Below are positions 8,152 through 17,965 of a stretch of DNA of 64,000 nucleotides, piece after piece. Both the position numbers and the translations under genes were made by a program. How positions within the stretch are numbered: position 1 is the first letter of the stretch; each line of letters opens with the position of its first letter. This DNA comes from Coriobacteriia bacterium (GTDB lineage: Bacteria; Actinomycetota; Coriobacteriia; Anaerosomatales; PHET01): assembly GCA_034370385.1 (NCBI GenBank), contig JAXMKZ010000004.1, forward strand, positions 1,238-65,237, given 5' to 3'. The notes under the pieces are model-generated. The model was not told the DNA's origin, made no database searches, and saw only the letters and a list, made by a program, of their open reading frames with translations.

Positions 8152-9282
8152 GTGCGCGTGCTCGTCATCCCCAGCTGGTACCCGAGCGACACGAACCCCA
8201 CGGCGGGGATCTTCATTCAGCAGCAGGTCCAAGCGCTGTCTGACGCCGGCCTCGACGTCGCGGTCTTGCATGTTGAGCCCGGTGCCGTCGCATTCGAACC
8301 GACCACATCGCTTGAGGATGGCGCAACGGTCGTGCGCGCCGGAATCGTCGCGTCGGGAGCGTACGAGCGCTACTTCGGCTACCGCAAGGCAGGGCAGCTC
8401 GCGTTCGATGCCCTGCGAGCAGGGTGGGGAGACCCCGACATCGTGCACGTGCAGGCACTGTGGCCCGCGGGGTTGATCGCCCGTGACATCAAGCGCAGCA
8501 CAGGCATCCCCTTCGTGGTCACCGAGCACTCCGAGGAGTATCTAGCCCACTCGAAGCGGCGGTTGGTGCGCACGCCGGGCATGCTGCCGCTGGTTCTGCG
8601 GCCGCTGGCGCGCGAGGCGTCGGCCTACATCGCCGTCAGCCGCTTCTTGGCCGACCGGCTGGTCGAGCTCGGGCTGACGAAGAACCCCGTTGTGATTCCG
8701 AATGTGGTGCCGGATTGTCAGGCTCAGCCGACGGTTTTTGAGGCGCCCCACGTCATCGCCCACGTGTCCGTGATGGGGCCGGCGAAGAACCTCGACTCAC
8801 TACTGCGCGCTACCGACATTTTGCGTCGCGAACGAGACGACTTCATCGTAAGCCTCGCAGGCGATGGTGAGTGTCGCGAGGAGCTCATGAAGCTGTCCGA
8901 AGAACTGGGCTTGGGAGGCATGGTCGAGTTCCCGGGACGCATACCCCCCGATGGCATCCCGGAGCTGCTGGGCCGTTCGGCCTTCGCGGTGCTCAGCAGC
9001 TCCCACGAGACGTTCTCGGTCTGGGCAGCTGAATCCATCATGTGCGGACGTCCCGTGGTATCGACGCGCTGCGGCGGGCCAGAGGAGTTCGTGACCCCCG
9101 AGGTCGGGCGGCTCGTTGCAGCGGACAGCGATGAGGCGCTCGCCGAGGGGCTGGGCTGGATGCTCGACCACTTCGGCGAGTTTGATCCGGCGGCGCTACA
9201 CGGCTACGCGCGCGAGCGGTTCGCTCCGGATGCAGTGGCGGCACGCATCGCCAGCATCTATGCTTCGATTCTTCGCCCCTGA
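8152..9282 (+). CDS. Glycosyltransferase family 4
   Basis: 376 aa, GTG start. RVLVIPSWYPS...GIFIQQQ N-terminus (Glyco_trans_4-like) and a C-terminal ...SSHETFSVWAAESIMCGRPVV region. Confidence 0.8.
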   Translation: MRVLVIPSWYPSDTNPTAGIFIQQQVQALSDAGLDVAVLHVEPGAVAFEPTTSLEDGATVVRAGIVASGAYERYFGYRKAGQLAFDALRAGWGDPDIVHVQALWPAGLIARDIKRSTGIPFVVTEHSEEYLAHSKRRLVRTPGMLPLVLRPLAREASAYIAVSRFLADRLVELGLTKNPVVIPNVVPDCQAQPTVFEAPHVIAHVSVMGPAKNLDSLLRATDILRRERDDFIVSLAGDGECREELMKLSEELGLGGMVEFPGRIPPDGIPELLGRSAFAVLSSSHETFSVWAAESIMCGRPVVSTRCGGPEEFVTPEVGRLVAADSDEALAEGLGWMLDHFGEFDPAALHGYARERFAPDAVAARIASIYASILRP

Positions 9283-9355
9283 GTCGGATTACCCGTTGCC
9301 CGTGCGGGCGCTATGCTGCTTCCAGCGCCAGTACGATCCCAAGAAACGAGACAGC

Positions 9356-10093
9356 ATGAGTTTCACCCAGCGAATCAAAGACTCCCTTCCCGCCGAGCTC
9401 AAGCGTCGGGTCAGGATGTCGCGCCACCGTGATGCGCAGAACCTCTACGGCGCGTTGCTCTCGCTGAGCCCGGACATCGAGACGATCTTCGATGTCGGTG
9501 CCAACGTCGGCAACCTGTCTTTGGCGTTCCTTCGCTGGTTCCCGAAGGCAACGGTTCACGGTTTCGAGCCGGCAACCGAGATGTTCACCCAGATGAATGC
9601 CCGCATCGAAGACGCCGGGTTCTCTGACCGGTTCAAAGGGCATCAAATCGGCTTCTTCGACAAGGCTACACAAGCGGATCTGCATCTTGCGTCGCAGCAC
9701 GGTGCAAACTCCCTGATGGACATCGGCGAGGCCTACCACGCAGCCAACCCGCATATCGAGTCATCGGCAACCGAGTCGATCAAGCTCGTGCGCATGGACG
9801 ACTTCGTACGCGACGCCGGAATCAAGCATATCGATCTGGTCAAGATCGACGTCGAGGGCGTCGAGCACGAGGTGCTGCTTGGAGGACGCGAGACGTTCCT
9901 GACCATGGTCGACACCGTGATCATGGAGATGTCGTTCGTCAGGCACGAGCGTTCAGAGGGCAACTACATCCAGCTCTTTCAGGCGATGCACGAGCTGGGG
10001 TTCGCGCCGAGCTACCTGTTCGATATCGAGCAGGGACCCACGGGGGTACCGTGGCGCCTGAGCCAAGTGGACTGCGTGTTCAGGAAGTACTGA
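9356..10093 (+). CDS. FkbM-family SAM-dependent methyltransferase
   Basis: ATG 9356. IFDVGANVGNLSLAF...GFEP...IDLVKIDVEGVEHEVLLG is the diagnostic Methyltransf_21/FkbM pattern. Confidence 0.85.
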   Translation: MSFTQRIKDSLPAELKRRVRMSRHRDAQNLYGALLSLSPDIETIFDVGANVGNLSLAFLRWFPKATVHGFEPATEMFTQMNARIEDAGFSDRFKGHQIGFFDKATQADLHLASQHGANSLMDIGEAYHAANPHIESSATESIKLVRMDDFVRDAGIKHIDLVKIDVEGVEHEVLLGGRETFLTMVDTVIMEMSFVRHERSEGNYIQLFQAMHELGFAPSYLFDIEQGPTGVPWRLSQVDCVFRKY

Positions 10094-10110
10094 GCCCGGC
10101 CCCGGTCCCG

Positions 10111-10836
10111 CTACCGCGAGCCACCCTGGTCGGCGAAGATACCGTTCACGCCGTTGGACCACACGAGCGGGTAGTTCTGCGCACCAAGGTACTCGACAAT
10201 CTCGCTGCCGCTCCACGCGACCTCGACAAGCACGAGTCTAGGCCTATGGCGTACCCAGTCGTTGCTCTTGAGCACAGCGAGATCCAGCCCTTCGGTGTCC
10301 ACCGAGAGGAAATCGATCGCCCGCTCGCCCACATGCTCGTCCAACACGTCACTCAGCGGTTCGACGGCGACGCTGACCTCCTCGGCAAGTCGGGCCCCGG
10401 GATGCGCAAGATTGTCCTTCACTGCACCCGGATCGAAGGTCGACAGGGTTGCCGGTTCCATCAGATAGAAGGTCAGCGTCCCAACCTTCGACGCAATGCC
10501 TATGTTGAGATTGACATCCTCCGGCCGCTGTCGCTTGAGTTCATCGCACAGCGCGGTGTTTGGCTCGATGTTGACTCCACGCCACCCCCGCCGATAGAAG
10601 CGCTGCGTGTTGCTCAACTCAGACGGGTCGTTAGCGCCTACGTCGACATACACTCCGTCCCGGGGGCTTCCGAGAATCGCATCGATCACGAGGTCCTCGC
10701 CGAACTGACTGAATGAACCCACGGACTCATCGACGAACGGTGGCACTGAGTCCTCCGCCTTGCGACCCGAGAGCTTCTTGGCCAGATCCCAAAGCGCGGG
10801 CGGGGTGACTCGATTGATTACTCTCAGCGGTCGCAC
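10111..10836 (-). CDS. FkbM-family SAM-dependent methyltransferase
   Basis: 241 aa, GTG start. GVYVDVGANDPSELSNTQRFY..GWRGVNIEPN...IDFLSVDTEGLDLAVL. Confidence 0.85.
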   Translation of the reverse strand: MRPLRVINRVTPPALWDLAKKLSGRKAEDSVPPFVDESVGSFSQFGEDLVIDAILGSPRDGVYVDVGANDPSELSNTQRFYRRGWRGVNIEPNTALCDELKRQRPEDVNLNIGIASKVGTLTFYLMEPATLSTFDPGAVKDNLAHPGARLAEEVSVAVEPLSDVLDEHVGERAIDFLSVDTEGLDLAVLKSNDWVRHRPRLVLVEVAWSGSEIVEYLGAQNYPLVWSNGVNGIFADQGGSR

Positions 10837-10850
10837 GTCTTTGAACCTCG

Positions 10851-12182
10851 CTATTCCTGTCCGCTTGGGGCGCTTGTCCCGATGCGCTTCACGACCTTTG
10901 CAGCGACTGACCTGTAGAGTCCGAAATCCTCACGAGTGGGAACGAGCATCTGGCGAATGGTCACGTCTGCCGCCCTCGGCATCAGCCACAGGTACCCGAG
11001 CAGGGCGCTGCTGTATGACAGGGTCGACCCCCAAGCGGCGCCTGCTGGTCCCATGACCGGTATGAGCGTCACATAGAGTACCGCGCTGAACACCATCATC
11101 ATCACGGCGAGGATCGATGTCACGCCGGGTCGTCCGAGTTGGCCGACGAAGAACTGACCATAAGGTTGGCACACGGCGTAGACGACCACGCCCGGCAGCA
11201 AGATGCCCAAGTACCAGATGGCATCGGTGAACTCAGCACCGTAGATGGTAGGTACGAGCAGGAAGGCAAGCCCGAACAGGGCGATACCGGCGAGGGCATT
11301 CAGCACAAGGAGCGCACGTGAGGTCAACGTCGTGAGCCGTACCGCGTCATGGCGCTCGGCTCCGGTGATCGAACTGAAGACCGCGCTCGCGACCGGGCTA
11401 CTGAGCAGCCACAGTTTCTCGGCGAGGTTGGTCGCGACGCTGTAGACGCCGACGGCCGAGGGGCCGGCGTAGTAGTTGAGGAAGAATACGTCGGCCCTGA
11501 GGAAGAACATCGTACTAGCCTGCCCAGCGTAGGCCTTGGCTGCGTACGGTGTTGCCGCCTTCGTGATCTCAACAATGCGCCGTGGCGAGAACGAGAAGCG
11601 CGCGCGGTAGACCGCCAGTGAGAGGATGGCGCTCAGTGTGCTTGCGATGCTCAGCGCAACGACCACGGCCGTAGAACTATCCGGCACGAGCAAGCTCGCC
11701 ATCACGACTGCGGCCAGATTGAGTGTTGCGAACGCGGACTGAACGCCGGCGAAGGCCACCGCACGTCCGTGCCCGATGAAAAGCGCGCCCAGAAACGCGA
11801 ACACGTAATACGTGGGCAAGGTGATCACAACGACGGCGAGGTCCAGCGTGGTGAGCCCCTGAAGAATCGACCCCAGGAGCGCATCGCGAAAGAGCCAGAC
11901 GACCGCGCCGACGACAGCCCCGAGCACGAGCGACCAAACAACTGCAGCTGTGACCAGGTCTCGGGCAGAGTAGTGGTTCTTACCCGCCATGAAGCCAAGT
12001 GCCGGACCAAGGCCGAACGAGGCAACCCCTAGGCCTAACGACGGAATGGCCGCGACGATTGCGAGCACGCCCTTGCCCTCAGCACCAAGCAGTCGCGCCA
12101 CAAGAATCGTGGACGCAAGTCCGATGACCAACATGTAGACTTGACCACCGAAGCCGATGACTGACTTGCGAGCTATGCCCAC
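10851..12182 (-). CDS. wzx: Oligosaccharide-unit flippase (Wzx/MOP superfamily polysaccharide biosynthesis protein)
   Basis: 443 aa and highly hydrophobic, with about 12 or more predicted TM segments by eye. N-terminal KSVIGFGGQVYMLVIGLAST pattern. Sits within a glycan locus. Confidence 0.75.
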   Translation of the reverse strand: MGIARKSVIGFGGQVYMLVIGLASTILVARLLGAEGKGVLAIVAAIPSLGLGVASFGLGPALGFMAGKNHYSARDLVTAAVVWSLVLGAVVGAVVWLFRDALLGSILQGLTTLDLAVVVITLPTYYVFAFLGALFIGHGRAVAFAGVQSAFATLNLAAVVMASLLVPDSSTAVVVALSIASTLSAILSLAVYRARFSFSPRRIVEITKAATPYAAKAYAGQASTMFFLRADVFFLNYYAGPSAVGVYSVATNLAEKLWLLSSPVASAVFSSITGAERHDAVRLTTLTSRALLVLNALAGIALFGLAFLLVPTIYGAEFTDAIWYLGILLPGVVVYAVCQPYGQFFVGQLGRPGVTSILAVMMMVFSAVLYVTLIPVMGPAGAAWGSTLSYSSALLGYLWLMPRAADVTIRQMLVPTREDFGLYRSVAAKVVKRIGTSAPSGQE

Positions 12183-12331
12183 GAGTCACATCCGCGCAAG
12201 AGAACGTTCAAGGAAGCTCCTTGCCGAGGAGACAGCAGCCCGCACGACGGCGTTTCCTGTCGGGCTTTGGGCTCGCCAACTATATCATCGAGAAGCACAC
12301 CAGACGCCTTCCGAGGTTGGAGTCAGACAGT

Positions 12332-13462
12332 ATGGTGCAAGCGCCGGCGGACAGGCTCGTCATCTACGATATCGACTACTCGGAGTTCATGGAGAACCGA
12401 GCGTTCGACGCGGCCTTGATGAGCCAGTATCCGGGTGCCGGTGCTATTGCAGCGCTATCGGCGCGCCTTGCGCAGTCGGGTGTCGGGATGGTCACCGCCG
12501 ATGCGTATCTCGCTGGCGGTACCGACTCGCGCGAAGCAATCGTGCTCAGCAACGAAGTCACGCGGTTCACGAGAACGCTGCTTTTCGAGCGCGGGCTTCG
12601 CGGCGCAGTCTGTGTGAGCGGGGAATCCCCCATCGTCGCGTGGCGCTTCTACCAGGGGCTCCCCGAGTTCTCGTCGTGGTTCAACCACATGGTGCTGTTC
12701 CCGGGCGCACGAGCCATGGCCAGCGGGAGCGCCGCGTTCCATGACTTCTCGTGGCCCTACTCCGATCTCACTCCCATCGAGCCCGACCCATGGACCGAGC
12801 GCAAACTGCTGGCCGTCGTCAGCGGCAACAAGCGAGCCTTCGGGTGGCCCCGACCAGCCTTCGACCTCGCGCACCCGAAGCCGTCGGCGGGCCGCTGGTA
12901 CCGCGCATGGCAGGCGCGCAGCGCGCAGTGCAAGAATCTCTGGATGCAAAGCGAGCTCTACCTGGAGCGGCTCACCGCGATCAGGCACTTCGGTGGTTCC
13001 GATGGGTTCGACTTGTACGGCAGGGGGTGGGACCAGCCGACTTCGGGCGCCGATCGTGAGACCCAGACCGCTATCGGGCGATCCTATCGTGGCGAGATTC
13101 CGCCGCACGACAAGGTTCGCGTGCTTCGCGGCTACCAGTTCTCGCTCTGCTTCGAGAACACGGCATTCCCTGGCTACATAACCGAGAAGATCTTCGACTG
13201 CTTCGTGGCTGGAAACATACCCGTGTACCTGGGGGCACCGGACATCGCGGACTATATTCCGCGCGATACCTACATCGACTTCCGCGACTTCCCTGACTAC
13301 TCCACGCTAGAAGAGCACCTGAGGAGTATGACCGGGGAAGGGGCGCAGCAGCACCTGGCGGCCGCTCGGGACTTCTTGGCGTCTACGCGGAGCGCTCGCT
13401 TCTCACAGGAGAGTTGCGTCGAAGTGCTCGCCGACCTGCTGCTCGGATGCTTCGAAAGATGA
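12332..13462 (+). CDS. Glycosyltransferase family 10 (alpha-1,3/4-fucosyltransferase-like)
   Basis: FSLCFENTAFPGYITEKIFDCFVAGNIPVYLGAPDIADYIP closely matches the conserved GT10 motif (FxLxFEN....YxTEK......G..P.Y.G). Start taken at ATG 12332; the longest ORF starts at 12221. Confidence 0.8.
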   Translation: MVQAPADRLVIYDIDYSEFMENRAFDAALMSQYPGAGAIAALSARLAQSGVGMVTADAYLAGGTDSREAIVLSNEVTRFTRTLLFERGLRGAVCVSGESPIVAWRFYQGLPEFSSWFNHMVLFPGARAMASGSAAFHDFSWPYSDLTPIEPDPWTERKLLAVVSGNKRAFGWPRPAFDLAHPKPSAGRWYRAWQARSAQCKNLWMQSELYLERLTAIRHFGGSDGFDLYGRGWDQPTSGADRETQTAIGRSYRGEIPPHDKVRVLRGYQFSLCFENTAFPGYITEKIFDCFVAGNIPVYLGAPDIADYIPRDTYIDFRDFPDYSTLEEHLRSMTGEGAQQHLAAARDFLASTRSARFSQESCVEVLADLLLGCFER

Positions 13463-13463
13463 T

Positions 13464-13511
13464 TCGGCTGCGTAAGCCGACGGGATGGGCCACGGGGAGC
13501 CGAATGGCTCC
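13464..13511. terminator. Two short hairpins between convergent GT10 and GT2 genes (bidirectional terminator candidate)
   Basis: TCGGCT-GCGTA-AGCCGA (13464-13480) and GGAGCC-GAAT-GGCTCC (13496-13511), the latter followed by TT. Confidence 0.4.
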
Positions 13512-13517
13512 TTCGGG

Positions 13518-14531
13518 CTAGCGCCGGGGCTGAAAGACGCGCCTGACAGCGCTCAGCGCAGGCCTCGCCGACTCGAACGCACGGCCTAGCCCCATCATCC
13601 GCGCCAAGGCCCCGACACCCTGTCCGTTGAGCGATCTCCAGCGGAACAGACCATCAGCCCGCTCACGCGCAACAAGCTCTCGCAATGAGCCGTTGTTCTC
13701 ACGAGCGGTCACCGAGTGCACGTGCAGCAGGTAGTTGGTGGCGTGACGCGCGAGCAGGTCCGCATCCCCGGGCATGGGGGCCTCAAGCAGCACGTCACGG
13801 TAGTAGTGCATCAGCGCAATCGCCTGATCGTCAGTCAAGTTGGGATCGTGGGTGTCTTGCGCTGCGTGAAGCCGGTAGAGGACCAGTGGCTCGCGGATCA
13901 GGGCCGTGCTTCCCGATTTCGCCACCTCGAGAAGATAGGGGCGATCCCCGACGATGTGGAACCTCTCCAGTTCCGCGACGTACGATTCGGCCTTCAACAG
14001 CGCGGAACTTCTGTACATGGTCGACCCGAAGTGAAGCATGGTGTCGTCCATGATCCATCGCACGAGAGACGCCCGCTCCACGTGCAGCTCAACGGCTCCG
14101 GCGACGCCGCTCCACGTCTCGACGGGCGGCTCCAGTCCATCGGCGAACGCCTGGCACTCCGCCGCAATCCACGCCGCGTCGGCGTGCTCCTCCAGAAACC
14201 CGAGTTCCCACTCCACCAATCGTGGATGCATGATGTCGTCGTCATGAAAGACCATGCCGAACTCAGTGCGGGAGCATATCTCACGCGCCTTCGTCTGGTT
14301 CGGTCCCGAGCCGATGTTGCTTTCGTTGCGGATGTATTCGATGCCCAACGACGAGAATCGCTCCAACACCTGCGAGTAACTGCTGAGGCTCCCGTTGTCG
14401 AGCACCACGAGATCGAAGTCTCTGCGCGTTTGAGTCTCGATGCTGGCCAGAGTATCAGCCAAGAACTGCGGCCGCTCATACGTCGGAATGACGATCGTCA
14501 GTGGATTCAACCTGCTGGTCCTCGGAGACAT
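13518..14531 (-). CDS. Glycosyltransferase family 2
   Basis: LTIVIPTYERPQFLADTLASIETQTRRDFDLVVLDNGS... and a DDD motif. Start placed at ATG 14531 so that it does not overlap the upstream FkbM gene. Confidence 0.8.
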   Translation of the reverse strand: MSPRTSRLNPLTIVIPTYERPQFLADTLASIETQTRRDFDLVVLDNGSLSSYSQVLERFSSLGIEYIRNESNIGSGPNQTKAREICSRTEFGMVFHDDDIMHPRLVEWELGFLEEHADAAWIAAECQAFADGLEPPVETWSGVAGAVELHVERASLVRWIMDDTMLHFGSTMYRSSALLKAESYVAELERFHIVGDRPYLLEVAKSGSTALIREPLVLYRLHAAQDTHDPNLTDDQAIALMHYYRDVLLEAPMPGDADLLARHATNYLLHVHSVTARENNGSLRELVARERADGLFRWRSLNGQGVGALARMMGLGRAFESARPALSAVRRVFQPRR

Positions 14532-14590
14532 CGCACGGGAATCGGACGTGCACGGCATTGTCGCACAACCGCCTGACTCGCCCCCTGCGG

Positions 14591-15793
14591 CTAGACGCGG
14601 GGCACGGCGTAGCACACGGTATCGTCAATCTCGCGGCTGTGGTGTCGCAAGAATAGGTCACTGCCGGGCGCAAGCCGTCTGATGAGCAGGGGAATCGTCC
14701 ACAGGTCAGCGGGGAGGTGGTAAGCCGACACCGCCAGTTTGGGCGTGGCGCTCGAGAGCAGTCCAGCCGCCCCGAGAAGGGCGTCCGACTCCGAGCCTTC
14801 GATGTCCATCTTGATCAACGACGGCGCAGGGCGACCGGCGAAGTAGTCGTCTAGGCCGACCACCGGAACCTCATCGCCGCCCGGCTCGTCGTCTCCGAGC
14901 AAACGCGAGTCCGCTCCGGCAGTGCTCAAGAGACGCGCGCTGCTCGTGTGACGCCCCAGGCCCGCGCGCACGGCAGTGATGCGCTGAGGGTCCGTCGCGG
15001 CGACCTGTGCCAAGCGATCATAGCTCGCGCCGTCCGGCTCGAAGGCATAGTACGCGTCGAACTGTCCCGACGAGCACTGCAAGAAGGACTCGAGCGTGTC
15101 GCCGACATAGGCGCCCCCATCAACCACGACTTCATCGGCGCTCAGATCGTAGACGCCCGCCCCGAAGTAGACCGTCTCGGCCGACCCGATCTCGTCCAAG
15201 AGGTCCTTCTCGAGGCTAAGGTAGTAGCGGAGCTTGGACAGAAACACACGGCGTGACTCGTCGTCCGAGAACAGCGCATAGGCGGCCTCGATAGCCGTCC
15301 GATTGGCACCACTCGTCGCCGCATCGAACGCGCCTTGGTATTCGCGGCTCACGAACACATCCGGCAGCCGTAGGTTCAGATAGCCGATAGGCACAACCGC
15401 CTCGAGGCCACGAACCGTCAAGTCTTCGCAGATTGCGGAGTCGTGCATCGCGCTGGCCACAAGCACCACGTCGTCCGTGTGTACAGTCGCGATCTCCGCC
15501 GGCGAAAGCACCGGCAGCCCGTCGATCTCTTCGCCGTGCAGTGTTGGGTCACTGTCGCCGAACGCAACCACCTTCACGCCCATCTTCAACAAGCGAGCGG
15601 CGGCTTTCCTCCCCATGGATGCCGCCGGGTAGACGACCGTGCGGCGATTCCCCGCCAGCACCTCGTCGAGAACGCGGTAGCGCTTGTCCAGGGCCACTCG
15701 CCACTCTCGCGGATCGAGGTCAAGCAGAGCGGCAAGCTCAACGGGTGCCCCTGCAGCACGCTCATTGCGTCCGGCCAACGGGTCGGCGCTCAT
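14591..15793 (-). CDS. FkbM-family methyltransferase with an N-terminal extra (Rossmann-like) domain
   Basis: VVDGGAYVGDTLESF...AFEPD...LIKMDIEGSESDALLGA. ATG 15793 overlaps the rSAM stop (ATGA). Confidence 0.8.
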   Translation of the reverse strand: MSADPLAGRNERAAGAPVELAALLDLDPREWRVALDKRYRVLDEVLAGNRRTVVYPAASMGRKAAARLLKMGVKVVAFGDSDPTLHGEEIDGLPVLSPAEIATVHTDDVVLVASAMHDSAICEDLTVRGLEAVVPIGYLNLRLPDVFVSREYQGAFDAATSGANRTAIEAAYALFSDDESRRVFLSKLRYYLSLEKDLLDEIGSAETVYFGAGVYDLSADEVVVDGGAYVGDTLESFLQCSSGQFDAYYAFEPDGASYDRLAQVAATDPQRITAVRAGLGRHTSSARLLSTAGADSRLLGDDEPGGDEVPVVGLDDYFAGRPAPSLIKMDIEGSESDALLGAAGLLSSATPKLAVSAYHLPADLWTIPLLIRRLAPGSDLFLRHHSREIDDTVCYAVPRV

Positions 15794-16860
15794 GGCGTCC
15801 GCGGCGACAGGCGCTCGCCCACCATCAACATGTCGCAACGCTCGCTGCACTTGAGACCACGCGTGACATCGATGTGGTCCTGACGAAACGTGCGATATGC
15901 ATCGCCATTCCAGATGTCAGCCAAGCTCTGGCTACCGGCGTCGCCCAGAACGATCTCGTTGTCGAAGTCCTCCATGCACATACAGACCTCGCCGTTCGAC
16001 TTCACCGTCATGGACATCCACGGGTGCTTGCAGCACTCGCTCCAGTGCACCGATTGCGTGCCGTGGAAGTCCTTGCGATACCACTGCTGATCCTCGCTCT
16101 TGAGATAGAGGTACACGTCCCGACCGCGAAACGCTTCCTCGAGCTTGCGGTAGTCGTCCTGCTGGTTCTCCCGGTTGAGATCGAGCATCGTGATGACGAT
16201 GACGGTCGAGTAGCCGCGCTCCTGCTTGAGCTCCAGCAACCGGAGAATCTGCTCGTAGCTGCGCGAAAAGTCGGATGCCTCTCCGCGAATCGCTTTGTGC
16301 CGCTCGTCGTCGACACTCTCGATCGAATACTTGATGTAGCCGAGCCCGTTCTCGAACATCTCCACGGTGCGATCCATGTCGATGTTTGCGGGGTTGCAGC
16401 TGAAGTACGACTCAAGCCCGGCATCTGACAGTAGCTTGACGTAGTGAGCCATGTTTCGATCGAGCAAAGGGTCACCGTAGCCGTGGAGTTGAATGACCCG
16501 CGGGATGATGAGCAGGAAGAAGTGGTTCTCGCTCACGTCACCGGGGTGAATACCGTACGTCTCCGCGACGAACTGCTCCCATCGGCTCCAGGTCTCTGCC
16601 GGGAAAGGCCTGAGCTGCTCCACGAGCTTCTCGAACAGTTCGGGCTTCATCGTCTCAATATCGCGCGTCATCATCGTCGTCCGCGGGCACATGGCGCAGC
16701 GCATGTTGCAGGCGTTCGTGGTCTCTATGTTGTACACGATGGGGTCGAGACTCCGGTAGCTCTCCAAGGCATCACGCAAAGCCACCGGATCGTGCAGCTC
16801 CCCAGCCTGAGCGCTCCTGAGAAGGTCATGTGATTTCATGTAGAACTCGACGTCGTACAC
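15790..16860 (-). CDS. Radical SAM protein with Cys-rich SPASM-like C-terminal domain, function unknown
   Basis: 356 aa. CNMRCAMC is CX3CX2C. C-terminal CCKHPWMSMTVKSNGEVCMCMEDF...C.ERC. GTG 16860 is preceded by AAGGAGG. Confidence 0.8.
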   Translation of the reverse strand: MYDVEFYMKSHDLLRSAQAGELHDPVALRDALESYRSLDPIVYNIETTNACNMRCAMCPRTTMMTRDIETMKPELFEKLVEQLRPFPAETWSRWEQFVAETYGIHPGDVSENHFFLLIIPRVIQLHGYGDPLLDRNMAHYVKLLSDAGLESYFSCNPANIDMDRTVEMFENGLGYIKYSIESVDDERHKAIRGEASDFSRSYEQILRLLELKQERGYSTVIVITMLDLNRENQQDDYRKLEEAFRGRDVYLYLKSEDQQWYRKDFHGTQSVHWSECCKHPWMSMTVKSNGEVCMCMEDFDNEIVLGDAGSQSLADIWNGDAYRTFRQDHIDVTRGLKCSERCDMLMVGERLSPRTP

Positions 16861-16887
16861 TCGGCGCCTCCTTGGCGACGTGTTCGT

Positions 16888-17961
16888 TTAGGGCACTGTG
16901 GGCTTTGCCGCAGCTTCACCCGGGTAGATCACCGTCTCGACCACACCCGAAGCCTGTGAGCGCAAAGCAGCGAGCGCCACAGCGAGGCTCTGTGCCGCCT
17001 CGACGGCGGGGATGCGCGGCGCCTCACGACCCGCTAGACACTCCAGGAAATGGGCCATTTCGGCAAGGAACATCTCATTTCGATCGTAATCTCTCAGACT
17101 CTCATCCACAACGCACAGACCGTCGGTATCCCAGGCACGCAGGTGCGCCGCAAGCAGGTCCAGATGCAGCCTCCCACGCTCCATGATCAGTTCGATCTGG
17201 CGTATCGGCGGTCGCCGCGCGTAGGTCTGCTGAAGTTGCACGGGCACAGCGCGACCATCCATCAGGCAGGGCCACAGCGACACCGATGTGTCGTCCACAT
17301 CCACTTCGAGACTGCTGAGGTGACCCCCGACGCTGTACACCTGCGAGGGCCATCCCAAGATCCACCCCAGGCAGTCTATATCGTGAATCTGCGTGAGCAG
17401 CACACCCCCGCCCAGGTCGCGACGCGCAGCGTAGCCTGTCCGATAGTCCTCATAGGGGTGCCAGTCAGGCAAGTACTCACCGTAGGTCGATGCAGCGGAC
17501 AGAACGGGTCCGAACTCGCCCCCGTGGACAATGGTCCTCAGCCGCTCAAGAAGCGGATGAAAGCGAAGCTGAAAACCGACTAGGACGGGCATTCGGCTCT
17601 CTGAGGCCGCCGCGAGAAACTCCGGCACCCCGTCCCAGGAATGGCCGAGCGGCTTCTCGAGAAGAAGGCCGCATCCGGCCTTCACAACGGCGCGCGCGGT
17701 GGCGATGTGCATGCTCGTAGGGTTGGCGACTACGACGCCGTCGGGACGCTCCTCGAGTGCGCGGTCCAACTCATCGAAAACGCGGATACCCAGGCTCTCT
17801 TCCGGCAAGACACCGCTCTGGGGCTGCATCGAGTCGGAGAGCGCGGACCCCCCGCCGCGCCGACGCACGGCTGAGATTTCTACGCTATCGCCCAGAAGCC
17901 TGCGTAAGTTGCGAGCGTGCCGCTGTCCCGCGGCGCCGAGGCCGACGATGAGGATATGCAT
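16888..17961 (-). CDS. Gfo/Idh/MocA-family NAD(P)-dependent oxidoreductase
   Basis: 357 aa. MHILIVGLGAAGQRHARNL N-terminal Rossmann fold, EKPL motif (LLEKPLGHS) and C-terminal alpha/beta domain. Confidence 0.8.
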   Translation of the reverse strand: MHILIVGLGAAGQRHARNLRRLLGDSVEISAVRRRGGGSALSDSMQPQSGVLPEESLGIRVFDELDRALEERPDGVVVANPTSMHIATARAVVKAGCGLLLEKPLGHSWDGVPEFLAAASESRMPVLVGFQLRFHPLLERLRTIVHGGEFGPVLSAASTYGEYLPDWHPYEDYRTGYAARRDLGGGVLLTQIHDIDCLGWILGWPSQVYSVGGHLSSLEVDVDDTSVSLWPCLMDGRAVPVQLQQTYARRPPIRQIELIMERGRLHLDLLAAHLRAWDTDGLCVVDESLRDYDRNEMFLAEMAHFLECLAGREAPRIPAVEAAQSLAVALAALRSQASGVVETVIYPGEAAAKPTVP

Positions 17962-17965
17962 GCGT

